Shown here: one piece after another, positions 29,081 to 41,714 of the stretch | Numbering within the stretch: the stretch's first letter is position 1 | How the letters are laid out: the number at the start of each line of letters is the position of its first letter | Assembly (NCBI GenBank): GCA_964016885.1 | Contig: OZ024745.1 | Location: 98,022,001 to 98,086,000 of the forward strand | Reading direction: 5' to 3' | From: Eledone cirrhosa | Taxonomy: Eukaryota | DNA: 64,000 bases | Made by a program: the position numbers and the translations under genes | The notes under the pieces: generated by a model | Seen by the model: the letters and a program-made list of their open reading frames with translations, nothing else | Told to the model about the DNA's origin: nothing | The model's database searches: none

Positions 29081-29832
29081 TGTGGTGTGTATATATATGA
29101 AAAAACCTTAGTAGTATGCATCTGAAAATGTTTAGAATGACTTTTCTAATAATATTATTTTTCACTAATAAAAACAAAAACGAAAAAGAAAAAAAAACCA
29201 TGATGCTTTTTATCCCTGCTCAGAAAAATACACTGGGATTGTTTCATAATAGTGGCGCATGTCCGGCGTAATCTCCCATAATCGCTAAAATTATTCTTCA
29301 TTGAACTAATTTTCTCCTCTCCTCACCACATTTAAATTTCTAATGAGATTTTTTAAAGCTCTGCATTAAATATTTTTACTCAGTACTTAACTGCTTATAT
29401 TCATGCAGATGGAGTCCCGAGTAATTAACTTTTTGTGTTTTGTCTACAGTATAGCTGTTGACATTGTCTTTATTAGTCCTCAGTAACTTTTGTTTTGTTA
29501 TCACACAGCTGGCTGTACTGATTACAAAGTGGAATTTCTGCTAAGTAAATCTATACGCCGTAACCTTTTTCATAGTTTTCTAGTAGGATTTTGTGTGAAC
29601 AAATAATTATCATAAAGTATCAGAGTTAGACTTGTTGCTGTCTAATCAAAATGATTGATGGGTTTTAACAGGATAGAGATCTAGCAAACTTACCACAAAC
29701 ACACATGCGTGCATACACACATACACACTATATGTTTGTAAGTATTTACGTATGTATATATGTATGTACGTACGTACGTACGTATGTATGTATGTATGTT
29801 TGTATTTATGTATGTATGTATGTATCAGCCTC

Positions 29833-29884
<52 letters not shown>

Positions 29885-30291
29885 CTCTCTCCTCTCTCTC
29901 TCTCTCTACAGGAAACCTACCCATCCTTTAAATACATTCTGTCGTATGTCCCATCCCCGAACACAACAACTTTTTTTACCCTACTAACTAGTAACCTATC
30001 CCGCCCCCCGCCATACCACCCTACAAGTCAATTCTAATGTGCTAGAAACGGTTGTTAACAGTCATCTCATTCATAACCTTAAGTTTGTTCAGAACTAACA
30101 AGCTACATATCATTGCCGTCGAGCTGCACCCGACAAACCATGTCACCCAATTAAGCTTTAACATCCCACAGTGATTTAGCAGAAAGGAGAGCCTAGCACT
30201 ATCATGGTTACTCGGCTTGTTAGATAAAGCAGCCAAATTTCCCTCGTAGTCCACATTGCTGTCTTAAACAGAAGGAAAGTATACATTAGGT

Positions 30292-30472
30292 CAGGATTTC
30301 CCAAACCTTTGCAAACGCAGAACCTTTTTGGTTCAGAAACGTTTGGGGGAACCTTAAAGTTTAATACTAAGTGGTCATAATATAAATATACTCCTATACC
30401 TTTTTTCACGGAACCCCAGACAATCCTTTGCAAAACCATTGGGTTTCTCGGAACCAACTTTGGGAACCACTG
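30292..30472. mobile_element. hAT-family MITE
   Basis: TIRs CAGGATTTCCCAAA / TTTGGGAACCACTG with a perfect 8-bp TSD CATTAGGT (30284-30291 and 30473-30480). Confidence 0.88.
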
Positions 30473-30599
30473 CATTAGGTTAATATTTCCTTGGTCCGTT
30501 ACCATGGACTTTTCATTACTAATACTATCTGCCAGTCGCAACTCCTGGTAGAAACGTTAAGTAAAGTAATTCTAGATGTCTGTAAAAAGAGGGGATGGT

Positions 30600-31790
30600 C
30601 GTGGCCGCAACGTCTTTCCTAATCGCTTAATTCAAATATTTACAGTGTATTTACTAGCTGAAAGGATTTTGTGAAAATTCGAAGTAATGTAACGATTTAT
30701 TATTTCAATGTGAAGCAGTCATAGTTCTGTCTTGTACTTTGCAAGAATGCTTTGGTAATGCGATTTCATGCGGGACAGGATGCTAAGTGTTATTACTGCT
30801 GCAAATGTTTTGTCCAACTATTCTTCTCTACAGATGTTCCACAGGAATGACAAACATTTTATTCATATCTTGCATTTAGAGAGATTGGAAGATTTGTGTG
30901 AGGGTAGGAACCAGCGCCGAAGCACATCACTATTGACTTTGTTTATAAGAATGGTCAAAGTGGTCGTTAATGGTCAGCTTGTAGGCATTGAGGCCATGAG
31001 TAATTACCTCAGGGCTGCAGACCTAAGTAGTTTTCTCAGGTTTTTCGGAAGTAGTACTTTTCACAGCGAGTGATGTGACACATTTTCGTAGTTTATACCG
31101 CGTAGACTTTGAGTCTGTCAAGGATATAGAGAGACATGCTTAGAGAATACTGTCACTTACTTAACTGCTTCGGACGTATATACTGGTGAAATATATTTAT
31201 TGTTAATTATGGTCAACATTGGATAAGTGAAGCTCTTTCTAGTTGCGCAGTAGGAAGGTGTGGTGAGTTTTCTTACCTCGATGATGTTATGACCAAATGA
31301 TATGATAAGAACTGAGGTGGTGATATGTCGATAAATGCAAGTGTTTAAAATGTGAGTAGGTGAGAAAATTAACTGGTGTAGATAGTCCATTGTGAAATAG
31401 GTTTCGGTGTGTGGTGGAGTATCGGTAATGGAAATTTCAGTGCTGATATCTCTCCATAGAAAAGTGAAGTGATATAGATGATCACACAAAGTAGAGCAAG
31501 TCTTAATCAAACAAATTCTGTTGGTGATTAGTTTCATTTGGAGAGCTATAGAAACAGCAGGAGAATTTTGCGTAGAATGATATATTGTCGATGTATCGAG
31601 TTAGGCAGAAATACACAGACATGACGTAGGGGTTGGAGAACTGTGCAGCTGATGGAGTTTGTTCTTCTTTTCAAACAATTTCGTTTAAGGGAGAAGGGAA
31701 TTCGTGAAATGTTTGTCGGAGGGGGAAAGCAATAATTCGTGAACTTTCATTAACTGCTTAGTTGATTCGTATGAGAATCCACTACTTTAT
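30600..31790 (-). pseudogene. Highly decayed Penelope-like RT/GIY-YIG remnant
   Basis: Only patchy, frameshifted similarity (Cys-x-x-Cys followed by a GQ motif near 30820-30845; TYP-like motif near 31225). Confidence 0.35.
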
Positions 31791-31792
31791 AG

Positions 31793-31975
31793 AACCAGCC
31801 CAGTCTGGTGCTGTATAACTCTCGACTGTACCTCTAATTCATAGAACCAGCCTTATCTGACCCTGTATAACCCTGGACTGTACCTCTAATTCATATAACC
31901 AGCTCTGTCTGACACTATATAACCCTGGACTGTACCTCCAATTCATAGAACCAGCCTCGTCTGATGCTGTATAAC
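31793..31975. repeat. Tandem repeat, ~50-bp unit x4
   Basis: ATAGAACCAGCC...TGTATAACCCTGGACTGTACCTCTAATTC. Confidence 0.8.
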
Positions 31976-32757
31976 GATGGTTCAAGTGGAGACTTGTCTG
32001 TGGAATACTCAGCCACTTGCACACTAATACAGTGAATGAGTAGGTAGTTTCGTCGAAATAGTCATCATCGAATCTGACTGAGGATCCACTTAGTTATATT
32101 TTCAAACAAATATATAGTTATATTCACTGTCACCCAGTCAGATTCGTGTGTCAGTAATTACTGCGTATGTTAAATAGATAGTAAATAAAGAGGATTAATA
32201 CATGGTTTGTGTGAAGATAGACGGATTTATATGGTGGTAAAGTTTACCAGTTAGTGAACTGGATACTACGTTAGATGTTATTTAAGAGACAGACACATTT
32301 GCTAGATTGGGAGGTGAAAGAAAATGATAGTCAGTCAAGGATAGTTAGCTTTCGATCATATATGCATGTATATGATAATATACTTGCATACGAACTTGCA
32401 ATAAATTGCTATTGTGAAGGAAGCAAGCAAGATATTCGTTAAGAACTCCCAGTCCGTAGGTTATTATATCAGAATAACGAATCCTGCATTCCAAGGCAAT
32501 TTCCAAACGCCAAATCAATAATAATAACGTAAAACAGAACAGATGCTTTAGCCATAGCCACCATGACTGGCTAATAGGAAAGAAAGGGGAGAGAGGGGCA
32601 GGTGGAGGGGAGAATCACGTGACATGTAATGCGTCATCACCTGCCGCGAAGCTGTTGTCGCTAAGGTATTTCTACATCTCACCAATGTGTATCGGCCGAC
32701 AATTATGGCGTTGCATGTAACATTCTCTCTCTCTCTCTCTCTCTCTCACTCTCTCTC

Positions 32758-32797
<40 letters not shown>

Positions 32798-32812
32798 TCT
32801 CTCACTCTCTGA

Positions 32813-32870
<58 letters not shown>

Positions 32871-32910
32871 TTATTTATTTCTCTCTCTCTCACATATATA
32901 TATATATTTA

Positions 32911-32944
<34 letters not shown>

Positions 32945-32945
32945 T

Positions 32946-33210
<265 letters not shown>

Positions 33211-33403
33211 GTCTGTGTCAGCGTGCATGTATGCGTTTGTCTATTCGAAAACGTGTGTATGCGCGGGTGTGCATGTATGTACGTGTGCGTGTGTGTGTGT
33301 CTTCGTATGTGTATGCATGTATGTTTCTTCGCATGTGTGTTTCTCTGCGCGTGCGCGTGAGTTAGGTAAGTAGGCTATATACATATTACGCAGATAGAAT
33401 GGT

Positions 33404-34218
33404 ATTACGTAGAGTGGTACTGTGTAGATAGAATGGTACTACTATGTAGATAGAATGGTACTGTGTAGATAGAATGGTACTGTGTAGATAGAATGGTACT
33501 GTGTAGATAGAATGGTACTGTGTTGATAGAATGGTACTACTGTGTAGATAGAATGGTACTGTGTAGATAGAATGGTACTGTGTTGATAGAATGGTACTAC
33601 TGTGTAGATAGAATGGTACTGTGTAGATAGAATGGTACTGTGTTGATAGAATGGTACTGTGTTGATAGAATGGTACTACTGTGTAGATAGAATGGTACTG
33701 TGTAGATAGAATGGTACTGTGTTGATAGAATGGTACTGTGTTGATAGAATGGTACTACTGTGTAGATAGAATGGTACTGTGTAGATAGAATGGTACTGTG
33801 TAGATAGAATGGTACTGTGTTGATAGAATGGTACTACTGTGTAGATAGAATGGTACTGTGTAGATAGAATGGTACTGTGTAGATAGAATGGTACTGTGTT
33901 GATAGAATGGTACTACTGTGTAGATAGAATGGTACTGTGTAGATAGAATGGTACTGTGTTGATAGAATGGTACTGTGTTGATAGAATGGTACTACTGTGT
34001 AGATAGAATGGTACTGTGTAGATAGAATGGTACTGTGTAGATAGAATGGTACTGTGTTGATAGAATGGTACTACTGTGTAGATAGAATGGTACTGTGTAG
34101 ATAGAATGGTACTGTGTAGATAGAATGGTACTGTGTTGATAGAATGGTACTACTGTGTAGATAGAATGGTACTGTGTAGATAGAATGGTACTGTGTAGAT
34201 AGAATGGTACTCCTGTGT
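33404..34218. repeat. Minisatellite, 19-bp unit TGTGTAGATAGAATGGTAC with 22-bp (+TAC) variants
   Basis: Seen directly, about 40 units. Confidence 0.95.
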
Positions 34219-34309
34219 GGAACATTTAGAACATTTAGAAGACCATACGCTATCAGTTTTAAAGTAGTGACTATGTCACTTACTTATTTTCGGCGAAAGA
34301 AGGGAGAGA

Positions 34310-34351
34310 GGTTGACAGTCTGTTTCACGCTGGTTGGCGTTCATCAGAACC
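34310..34351 (-). ncRNA. Canonical minimal type I hammerhead
   Basis: GGTT-CTGATGA-ACGC(caacca)GCGT-GAAA-CAG(a)CTG-TC-AACC. Confidence 0.85.
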
Positions 34352-34386
34352 ACGCACTCCCCTGCTTCCGCCGCAAATTATAGAAG

Positions 34387-34430
<44 letters not shown>

Positions 34431-34439
34431 TATATATGA

Positions 34440-35799
34440 TTCTTCAATTCTTTCTCCTTCCCACCTGGCCCCTCCCGCCTTCTCTTTACCCTGGACATCA
34501 CCTCTCTCTATACCGTCATCCCTCATGATGATGGCCTCCGCACTCGCCAACATTTTTTTAGATTTACGCCCTACCCCTTACCCCAGCACTACCACTCTTC
34601 TCCGTCTGGCTGAGCTTGTTTTCACCCTCAAAGGATTTTCTTTTTCGGGTGAATTTTATCAGCAGGTCTCTGGGGTAGTGATGGGAACCAGAATGGGTCC
34701 GAACTATGCCAACTTGTTTGTTGGCTACGTCGAAGCCCAGATCTCTCCCAGTACGCTGGACCGACTCCTGAGCTATACGGTCGTTATATCGACGACTGTA
34801 TCGGCGCCACCTCTCTATTACGAGAACAACTCGACTGTTTTCTTTCTTTTGACCAATCTTTCCATCCTGCTCTCAATTTCCCCGCCTCTGTCTCTGATTC
34901 TTCTGTCGCTTTTCTAGATATTTCTCTATCTATTAATCACTCTCACCACAACCTCTCTACGTCCATGTTTATTAAACCAACAGACTCCCAATCTTATCTC
35001 GACTTCACCTCCTCCCATCCAACCCACACCAAACTCTCCATACCCAATTCCTCCGTCTTCGTCGGTTTTGTAGCCAGGACGACGATTTCGAAACCCATTC
35101 TCTTCCCATGGCTTCCTGCTTCATCTAGCGTGGATATCCCCCCACCCTGATCCAAGCTGCTCTCTCGCGCGCCCGTGAAACAGACCGCACCACAGCCCTC
35201 TCACCTCACCCGTATTCCTTTCCCTCTCACCTACCACCCCATCACCCTACTACTCCGGCGACATATCCTCCGTTCCTTCCGTATCCTCTCTTCTGACCCC
35301 GTCACTTCTCGCTTTTTTCCAAACCCACTCATTACTGCTTTTAAGCGCACCCGCAACCTCCGCGACCTCTCCCACGACTCCACCCGGCTCTCATCCATTT
35401 TCCTGTTCCCGCTGCAACACTTGTCCCTTTATTTCCACCCTCACCACTCTTACAGGCCCTAACGGGTCTTTCCGTATCCGCCATTCCTTCACCTGCACAT
35501 CCACCCACGTTGTCTATGCCCTCCGGTGTTCCCTTTGTGGGTCTTTACATATCGGACAAACGGGACGCCGAATGGCGGACCGTTTTGCCGAACATTTGAG
35601 AGACATCAGACTCGGTTTGGATACTCCTGTCGCCCGTCATTTCTGTTCTCCTGGTCATTCTTTCCTACACGTTTCAGTCTTGGGTGTCCTTTTACATCAT
35701 GGATCACAGGCCTCTCGCACCAGGACTGAACAAAGTCTGACTCACCGCCTTGGATCCTATTCCCCTCTTGGACTCAACTCACCTCCCCAATTTCTCTAA
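34440..35799 (+). pseudogene. Frameshifted Penelope-like (Neptune-like) RT + Zn-linker + GIY-YIG ORF
   Basis: FYQQVSGVVMGTRMGPNYANLF, YGRYIDDCIG, KPTDSQSYLDFTSSHP, CSRCNTC, VVYALRCSLCGSLHIGQTGRRMADRFAEH, GLNSPPQFL then stop. Confidence 0.9.
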
Positions 35800-36044
35800 T
35801 ACCCCGTCCATTATCGCACCCCTAGATTCCTATCGTTTTCTCTTGATCATTAACATCTTCTCTTACCACTAATACATGCCGACTATATATGCTCACTCCA
35901 CTTTTCTCTCCACTGCTCTGTATACACACATACACACCCTTATATTAATATACTTTTCCTCATAGCTTCGTACTTACATGCACACACACTCTTTTACTCA
36001 TATTTACACACACATTACTTCTTAGCTTCGTACGGACATATAAT

Positions 36045-36123
<79 letters not shown>

Positions 36124-37641
36124 ACACACACACATACACACATGCTTACGCACGTACATGTAACAAAACGTTTTTTTTTTCCATTTCAGATAGACGCGCT
36201 CCATCATCCACTTTTCTAAAAAATAAATCATACACAAAAAGCCACCACCAACAGTTTTACAAGAGATGTTAACATGAATGGACCTGTTATTTTTATCTCA
36301 AGACATGTATATTCATTTTCTATTGCCATTACAAGGGTCTGACGAGCCGCCGATACAGAGTCGAGTTAGATCGTTTTTATACGTGTCTCCACTCTTTCAG
36401 GGTTTCTGATATGAGAACTATTATAGCCCTGGTGAAAACTGTCTGGCAATTAAAGGAGAGAGGGGTCCCACATAAGATATCTTGCAAGGTACCAAGATAT
36501 TGGATTTCTGGCTTATTTGTGTTTGTATATTTAATATCTGCTTCTTAGATGATGTACTTTACATTAAAATTTTGTTATAATGGACAATCATCTTTTATCC
36601 TGCAAGAGGATCCTGGAATTACAGCTGCCTTGTTATTTGCGGTCATAGATGGTAGACAAAAGGAAGATATCCAAAACGAGCAGCGATTAACGATTTTACT
36701 GTACCTACATTGTGGGGGCGAAAACTTACAACTTCAGTCACGTACATATTATACATAAACATCGATTCAAAGCAAATTGCATGCACCTTTCTCTACATAT
36801 AGTGAGTGATGAATTATCATAATCTAGGGTTTTGAGCAGAACCCTTTACGAAATATGACCAAGTTTCGTAAAGTAACGGTTTTTCTTTTAATTTTTGTCC
36901 TTGCGCCAGAGCCGAGTGAGGCCAGTTTTAGAACGGCTCCTTCAGTGGAACGGCTCCTTCACTGGATCCCAAAACCTAATGTCGTATGTATGTATGTATG
37001 TATGTATGTATGTATGTATGTATGTATGTATGTATGTATGTATGTATGTATGCATGGTCCCGTAACATCCGATGGAGTTATAGGGATATTTTATTGACTT
37101 ACAGTGTTTCTAGGGCATTTTAAAACCTGGCGGGCCCAATACTCTCTAGGTCTGGATACAGCATTCTTCCAAAGAAGGATAGAAAGCGTGAGAAAAGGAT
37201 ATAGAGGAAGAATCGATCTCAGTACTTGACTCGTACATTATTATCGACCTTCAATGGATGAAAGGCAATGTTGACCTCAGCGGGATTTTAACTTAGAAAA
37301 CAAAGTATTCTTGCCGAAGTTCTAACGACTCCATTACAAAGCTATTGGCACATTTGAAAATCTGTTTTGCTTATGAATGCATTTGAACTATAAAATAGTC
37401 GTATTTGTTGGGTAAGTTATCTTTAGAGACGAAAAGGAAAGAGACACGTGGAGAAATATCGAACCCTACATCTGCTGTATGTTGGACGACTGCTATAACC
37501 GGTAGACCGAAGCTACCAAAACGGTCTTCACTTTCTAATTAGGAGCTTTAACATTTAGCAAACTGTTGACATGGGTTGGGTTCTTTTCCTGCGAGGTTGA
37601 TTTTTAGTTCATTCTGCAGAGAGTGAGAAAGGGAGAGAGAG

Positions 37642-37708
<67 letters not shown>

Positions 37709-37871
37709 AAGGGAGAAAAACAAAGAGAAAGAAAGGAAAAGGGGAGAGAGTAAGAGAATTGAAAAGGGAGAGATAGGTAGATAGAGAGCTACATGACTGA
37801 ATCACAATGTCTATTTGCACAAAGAGCTAAATATATATTTATTTAGCATGCGTATGTAAATATATCTACAA

Positions 37872-37912
<41 letters not shown>

Positions 37913-37973
37913 TTTGTGTGTATGTATGTGTGAGAGAGAGAGGGTGTGTAAGTGTGTGTGTGTATGTGTGAGT

Positions 37974-38013
<40 letters not shown>

Positions 38014-39016
38014 GTGTGTGTGTGTGTGTGTGTGTGTGTCTGTGTGTGTATAAGTGTGTGTGTGTGTGTGTATAAGTGTGTGTGTGTGTGTATGTGTGTG
38101 TGTGTATAAGTGTGTGTGTGTTAGTGTGTGTGTGTGTATAAGTGTGTGTGTGTATGTGTGAGTGTGTGTGTGTGAAAGTGTATATGTATTTCTGTAGGTA
38201 AGTATCTACGCACTCTGTGTCTGTGATACCACTCAATCAGTTATCCAACCGATTTCTTCAATTTATTGATCTATTCGTCGATCATGTAACTAATTTGTTG
38301 TCGTTTAACTTCTTTGATCTTTTAATCTGCCCTATTATTGATCCGTCGTTGATTTCTAACTTGGTGATGTAGAATAGATCCCTTAATCTCGCATTCTATT
38401 GATCCTTCAATCCAGTAATTATTTCTACTCTACAGTAATCAACTAGTGCGATGTTTGGGTACCTGACCCTTGATTTATCACCTCATTAAAAACTACACTA
38501 TACTTAGTCTCTGTTATTCAATAATCTCCTCACTTCTCTTTCCTCTTCTTTACTACTACGCCATATCTCTTTCCCATTCATCTTCTTTTTCTCTATATTC
38601 CATCCTTTATTTATTTTCTCTTAACCCTTTTCTCTTCTCCTCTCTTCTCCTCTCTTTCTAATCACTCCCTCACTGTTTTCTTTCTTTTCTTCTCTTCGTC
38701 CTCTCTTCTCTCTTCTCTCTTTCTAACCAAACCCTCACTGTTTTCTTTCTTTTCTTCTCTTCTTCCTCTCTTTCTCTCTCTCCGCCCTCTTTCTTTCTTT
38801 ATCCTGTTTTCCCTTCTTTCAACTGTCTTCCCCTCTTTGCTCTTTCTCTTTTCTCTATTGTCCTCTTCTCTCACACCCTTTCTGGCTTTCTGTCTTTCTA
38901 TCTTTCTATATATCTTCCTATCTTCCTATCTTTCTAATCTCGTAGTATTTCTCTTCGTATCTCTTTTAATATTTCTATTTCTTCACATTGTTTTTTTTTA
39001 TCCTTTCTATTTCTAC

Positions 39017-39052
<36 letters not shown>

Positions 39053-39489
39053 ACTCACTCACTCACTCACTCACTCACTCACTCACTCACTCACACAGAT
39101 ACATACACTCTCTTCTCTCTCTCGCTTCTCTATCTTTCTCTTTTCTTCACACCCACCTCACATCTTCCACAGATGTTTTCTATTCTATGTTTTAAACCAG
39201 ACCTGCTCATATATATTTCATTTTCCACACTTCTAAACTTCCCATCCAACATTAGATTACCTTAGCTATCGGTTACCTCCCTTTCTCTTTATAATCCATC
39301 GTTTCTTTCTTTCTTTTATTTTGTCTCAGTCAACTCATCTTCTTAAGATAAGACTTATAAATTATTCCCTGTGGTGTGGTAAATAAATATATACATAAAC
39401 ACCAGGTCTGAACACAATGGATCCAAAATCCCATTGTCACTGCCTCGTGTCTCTCCCACGCTTCCCATCTCTCACTATTATAAGAAAAT

Positions 39490-39670
39490 TGGGGTCCACG
39501 CTCTGGCCGCCCAGCGGCCCCGGCGGACAGAATATAGAAAGCGTTACCCCGGAGGATGGTGAGAGAGACCTGCTGGAAGAGCCATTCCAGCTTGCGAGGC
39601 TCACACCTACGGGTAGCCAATGGTGGTGAATAGGGAGGTGGTCCTTGGGCCAAGGACACCAGAACTTCTC
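39490..39670 (-). pseudogene. CRE-clade LINE 3' fragment
   Basis: EPRKLEWLFQQVSLTILRGNAFYIL, similar to 25433-25690. Confidence 0.65.
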
Positions 39671-39803
39671 TATTTCTTTCCCATTCCTCACCTCTCTCTC
39701 TATCTCTCACGTCCCTCTCTCTCACCTCTCTCTCGCTTCTCTCCCTCTCTCTCACACTTCTCTCTCTTCCTTCTCCTCTCTATCTCTTACCTCACCTCTA
39801 TAT

Positions 39804-39853
<50 letters not shown>

Positions 39854-40109
39854 ATCTCTCTATCTCTCACCTCATTCTTCTCTTTACCTCATCTCTCTTT
39901 TTCTCTTTATCTCTCATCTCTCCCTCCCAAGTCTCTATCTCTCACACCCTTCTCACTTCTCTCTATCTCTTACCTCTCTCTATCTCTTCTTTAGCTCTCA
40001 TCTGGTGTTGTTCTTGTTGTTGGTTGTGGTGGTGCTGTTGCTGCTGCTGCTGTTACTGCTGCTGTTGCTACTGCTACTGCTGGTGATGGTGATGGTGTTC
40101 CATTTGGAA

Positions 40110-40740
40110 AAGAAGGTCCATGCAATCGGACAGCTTTGTAGTTCAGTTCAGTAGACGGATGGATCTGTTGAACTATTTGGGGATCTGGTTTGGTCCAGAC
40201 CTCCAGGTAGAGAAGAATTTGGATGAGGTTTTGACTAGACTGGCCAATCTTACTCAAAAATGGACTGAGAGAAATCTCTCCCTAAAAGGTTGAATAGAAA
40301 CGTCAAATGTCTACCAGTGCATCTACCATTGTCTATCGCTTGACCATCGTGCCCTGCTCTAATCCTCGCTTGACCAGATTGGAGCGTCTACTTTTCCGTT
40401 TCTTGTAGAAGAGACGACTTCCATCTTCTGCCAACATCTTCTGCATGGAGCACCGGGCATGCCATGGCTACTGATGAGCAGGCATGCACTGAGGCTGTGG
40501 TACTTGCGGAGATTCCTGGAGGGTGAACATATATAGTTCGTAAAACTCGTCTTCTATCAGGTTGTTTGTTCGACTGAGCTACTTATCCAGGTCAATCGAA
40601 GACCGAGACTGGACGACTGGCATCTGGAATGTCGTCTGACGCTACCTGTCGAGTAAAGCAAACGGTGAGTGTTCCACACTAACAGTTTATAGAGGACTAG
40701 TGATGGAGGAGAATGACGATGTTCCTAGGAACTCTGGTAT
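40110..40740 (+). pseudogene. L1/Tx1-like ORF2 post-RT fragment
   Basis: LGIWFGPDLQVEKN, KWTERNLSLKG, VYRLTIVP, LERLLFRFL motifs across frameshifts. Confidence 0.6.
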
Positions 40741-40972
40741 ATACTCTCCTCCAGTGAATTTTATAAAAGATGGGTAACTGGGACGAATGGTTCTACTGTC
40801 AGCACGTGTCTGTAGACCAGAGAAGGAAAATTGGAAGAGGGCACCTTGGATTTGAACTCAGAACGTTAAAAGCCGTAACGAAATAACGAAATACTGCAAC
40901 ACATTTCATCCGACACAATTCACTGCCGTCAACAGTTATATTATCAGTCATGTTGATGTTTATATCTGTAAA

Positions 40973-41460
40973 TCTAAACTATAATAAAGTAAGGAGTGCG
41001 AGACGGCGTCCAGAATATATCTTTATATCCCGTTTGTAAAATAAGTTGGATTACTTTGAATAAATAATGAATGAATATTACATAATTTATCGACTAAATT
41101 TCGTTATTCTTGATTAAATATAAATAATTTTGTTGGTTATTTTAAGATTCACTTGAACATTTTCAAATGTCAACACTTCCGGTTAGCGATCGCTTAAATA
41201 AACATAATATATTTCCGTCACTAATTTTCTCCTAATGCAGTTTATATATAATATCGTCTTTTTTTAAATGTATCATGGATTACGTTACTGATTACATAAG
41301 ACAGTGTAACACAGTCTTCCTTCAATTTCTGTGTATATTTAATTATTAAATTACGTATTTATTTGATGTATCATATCTACAAGCATATATACTTGCGTAT
41401 AATATCAATATACACACTACATAAACTAGCAGAAAACACCCGAAGGTGGTTTTCTGCTAG
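40973..41460 (+). mobile_element. Non-autonomous Helitron
   Basis: A|TCTAAACTATAATAAAG 5' end; CACC(cgaa)GGTG hairpin 12 nt before the end; CTAG|T 3' end; related segment at ~24677-24820. Confidence 0.65.
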
Positions 41461-41714
41461 TTAGTTTATAATAAATTATTAAGACAGGGTTGTAGAACGG
41501 CAGATATATCAGAGTTACAAATTAAATAACGTGTCTTATGTTCAGATAAGTTGTTTCATGGTCTGACTTTAAATCCAGCCAGGAATGAATTTAGCTTTCA
41601 TCTCAAGTGTTTGCTAGATTAAAGGGTCCGTAATGTATTAATATCACTTTAAATGGTTCTACCCTTTCTCTGTAAATATCTAACTTGATACATCGTCACA
41701 TGACATAGTATGTT

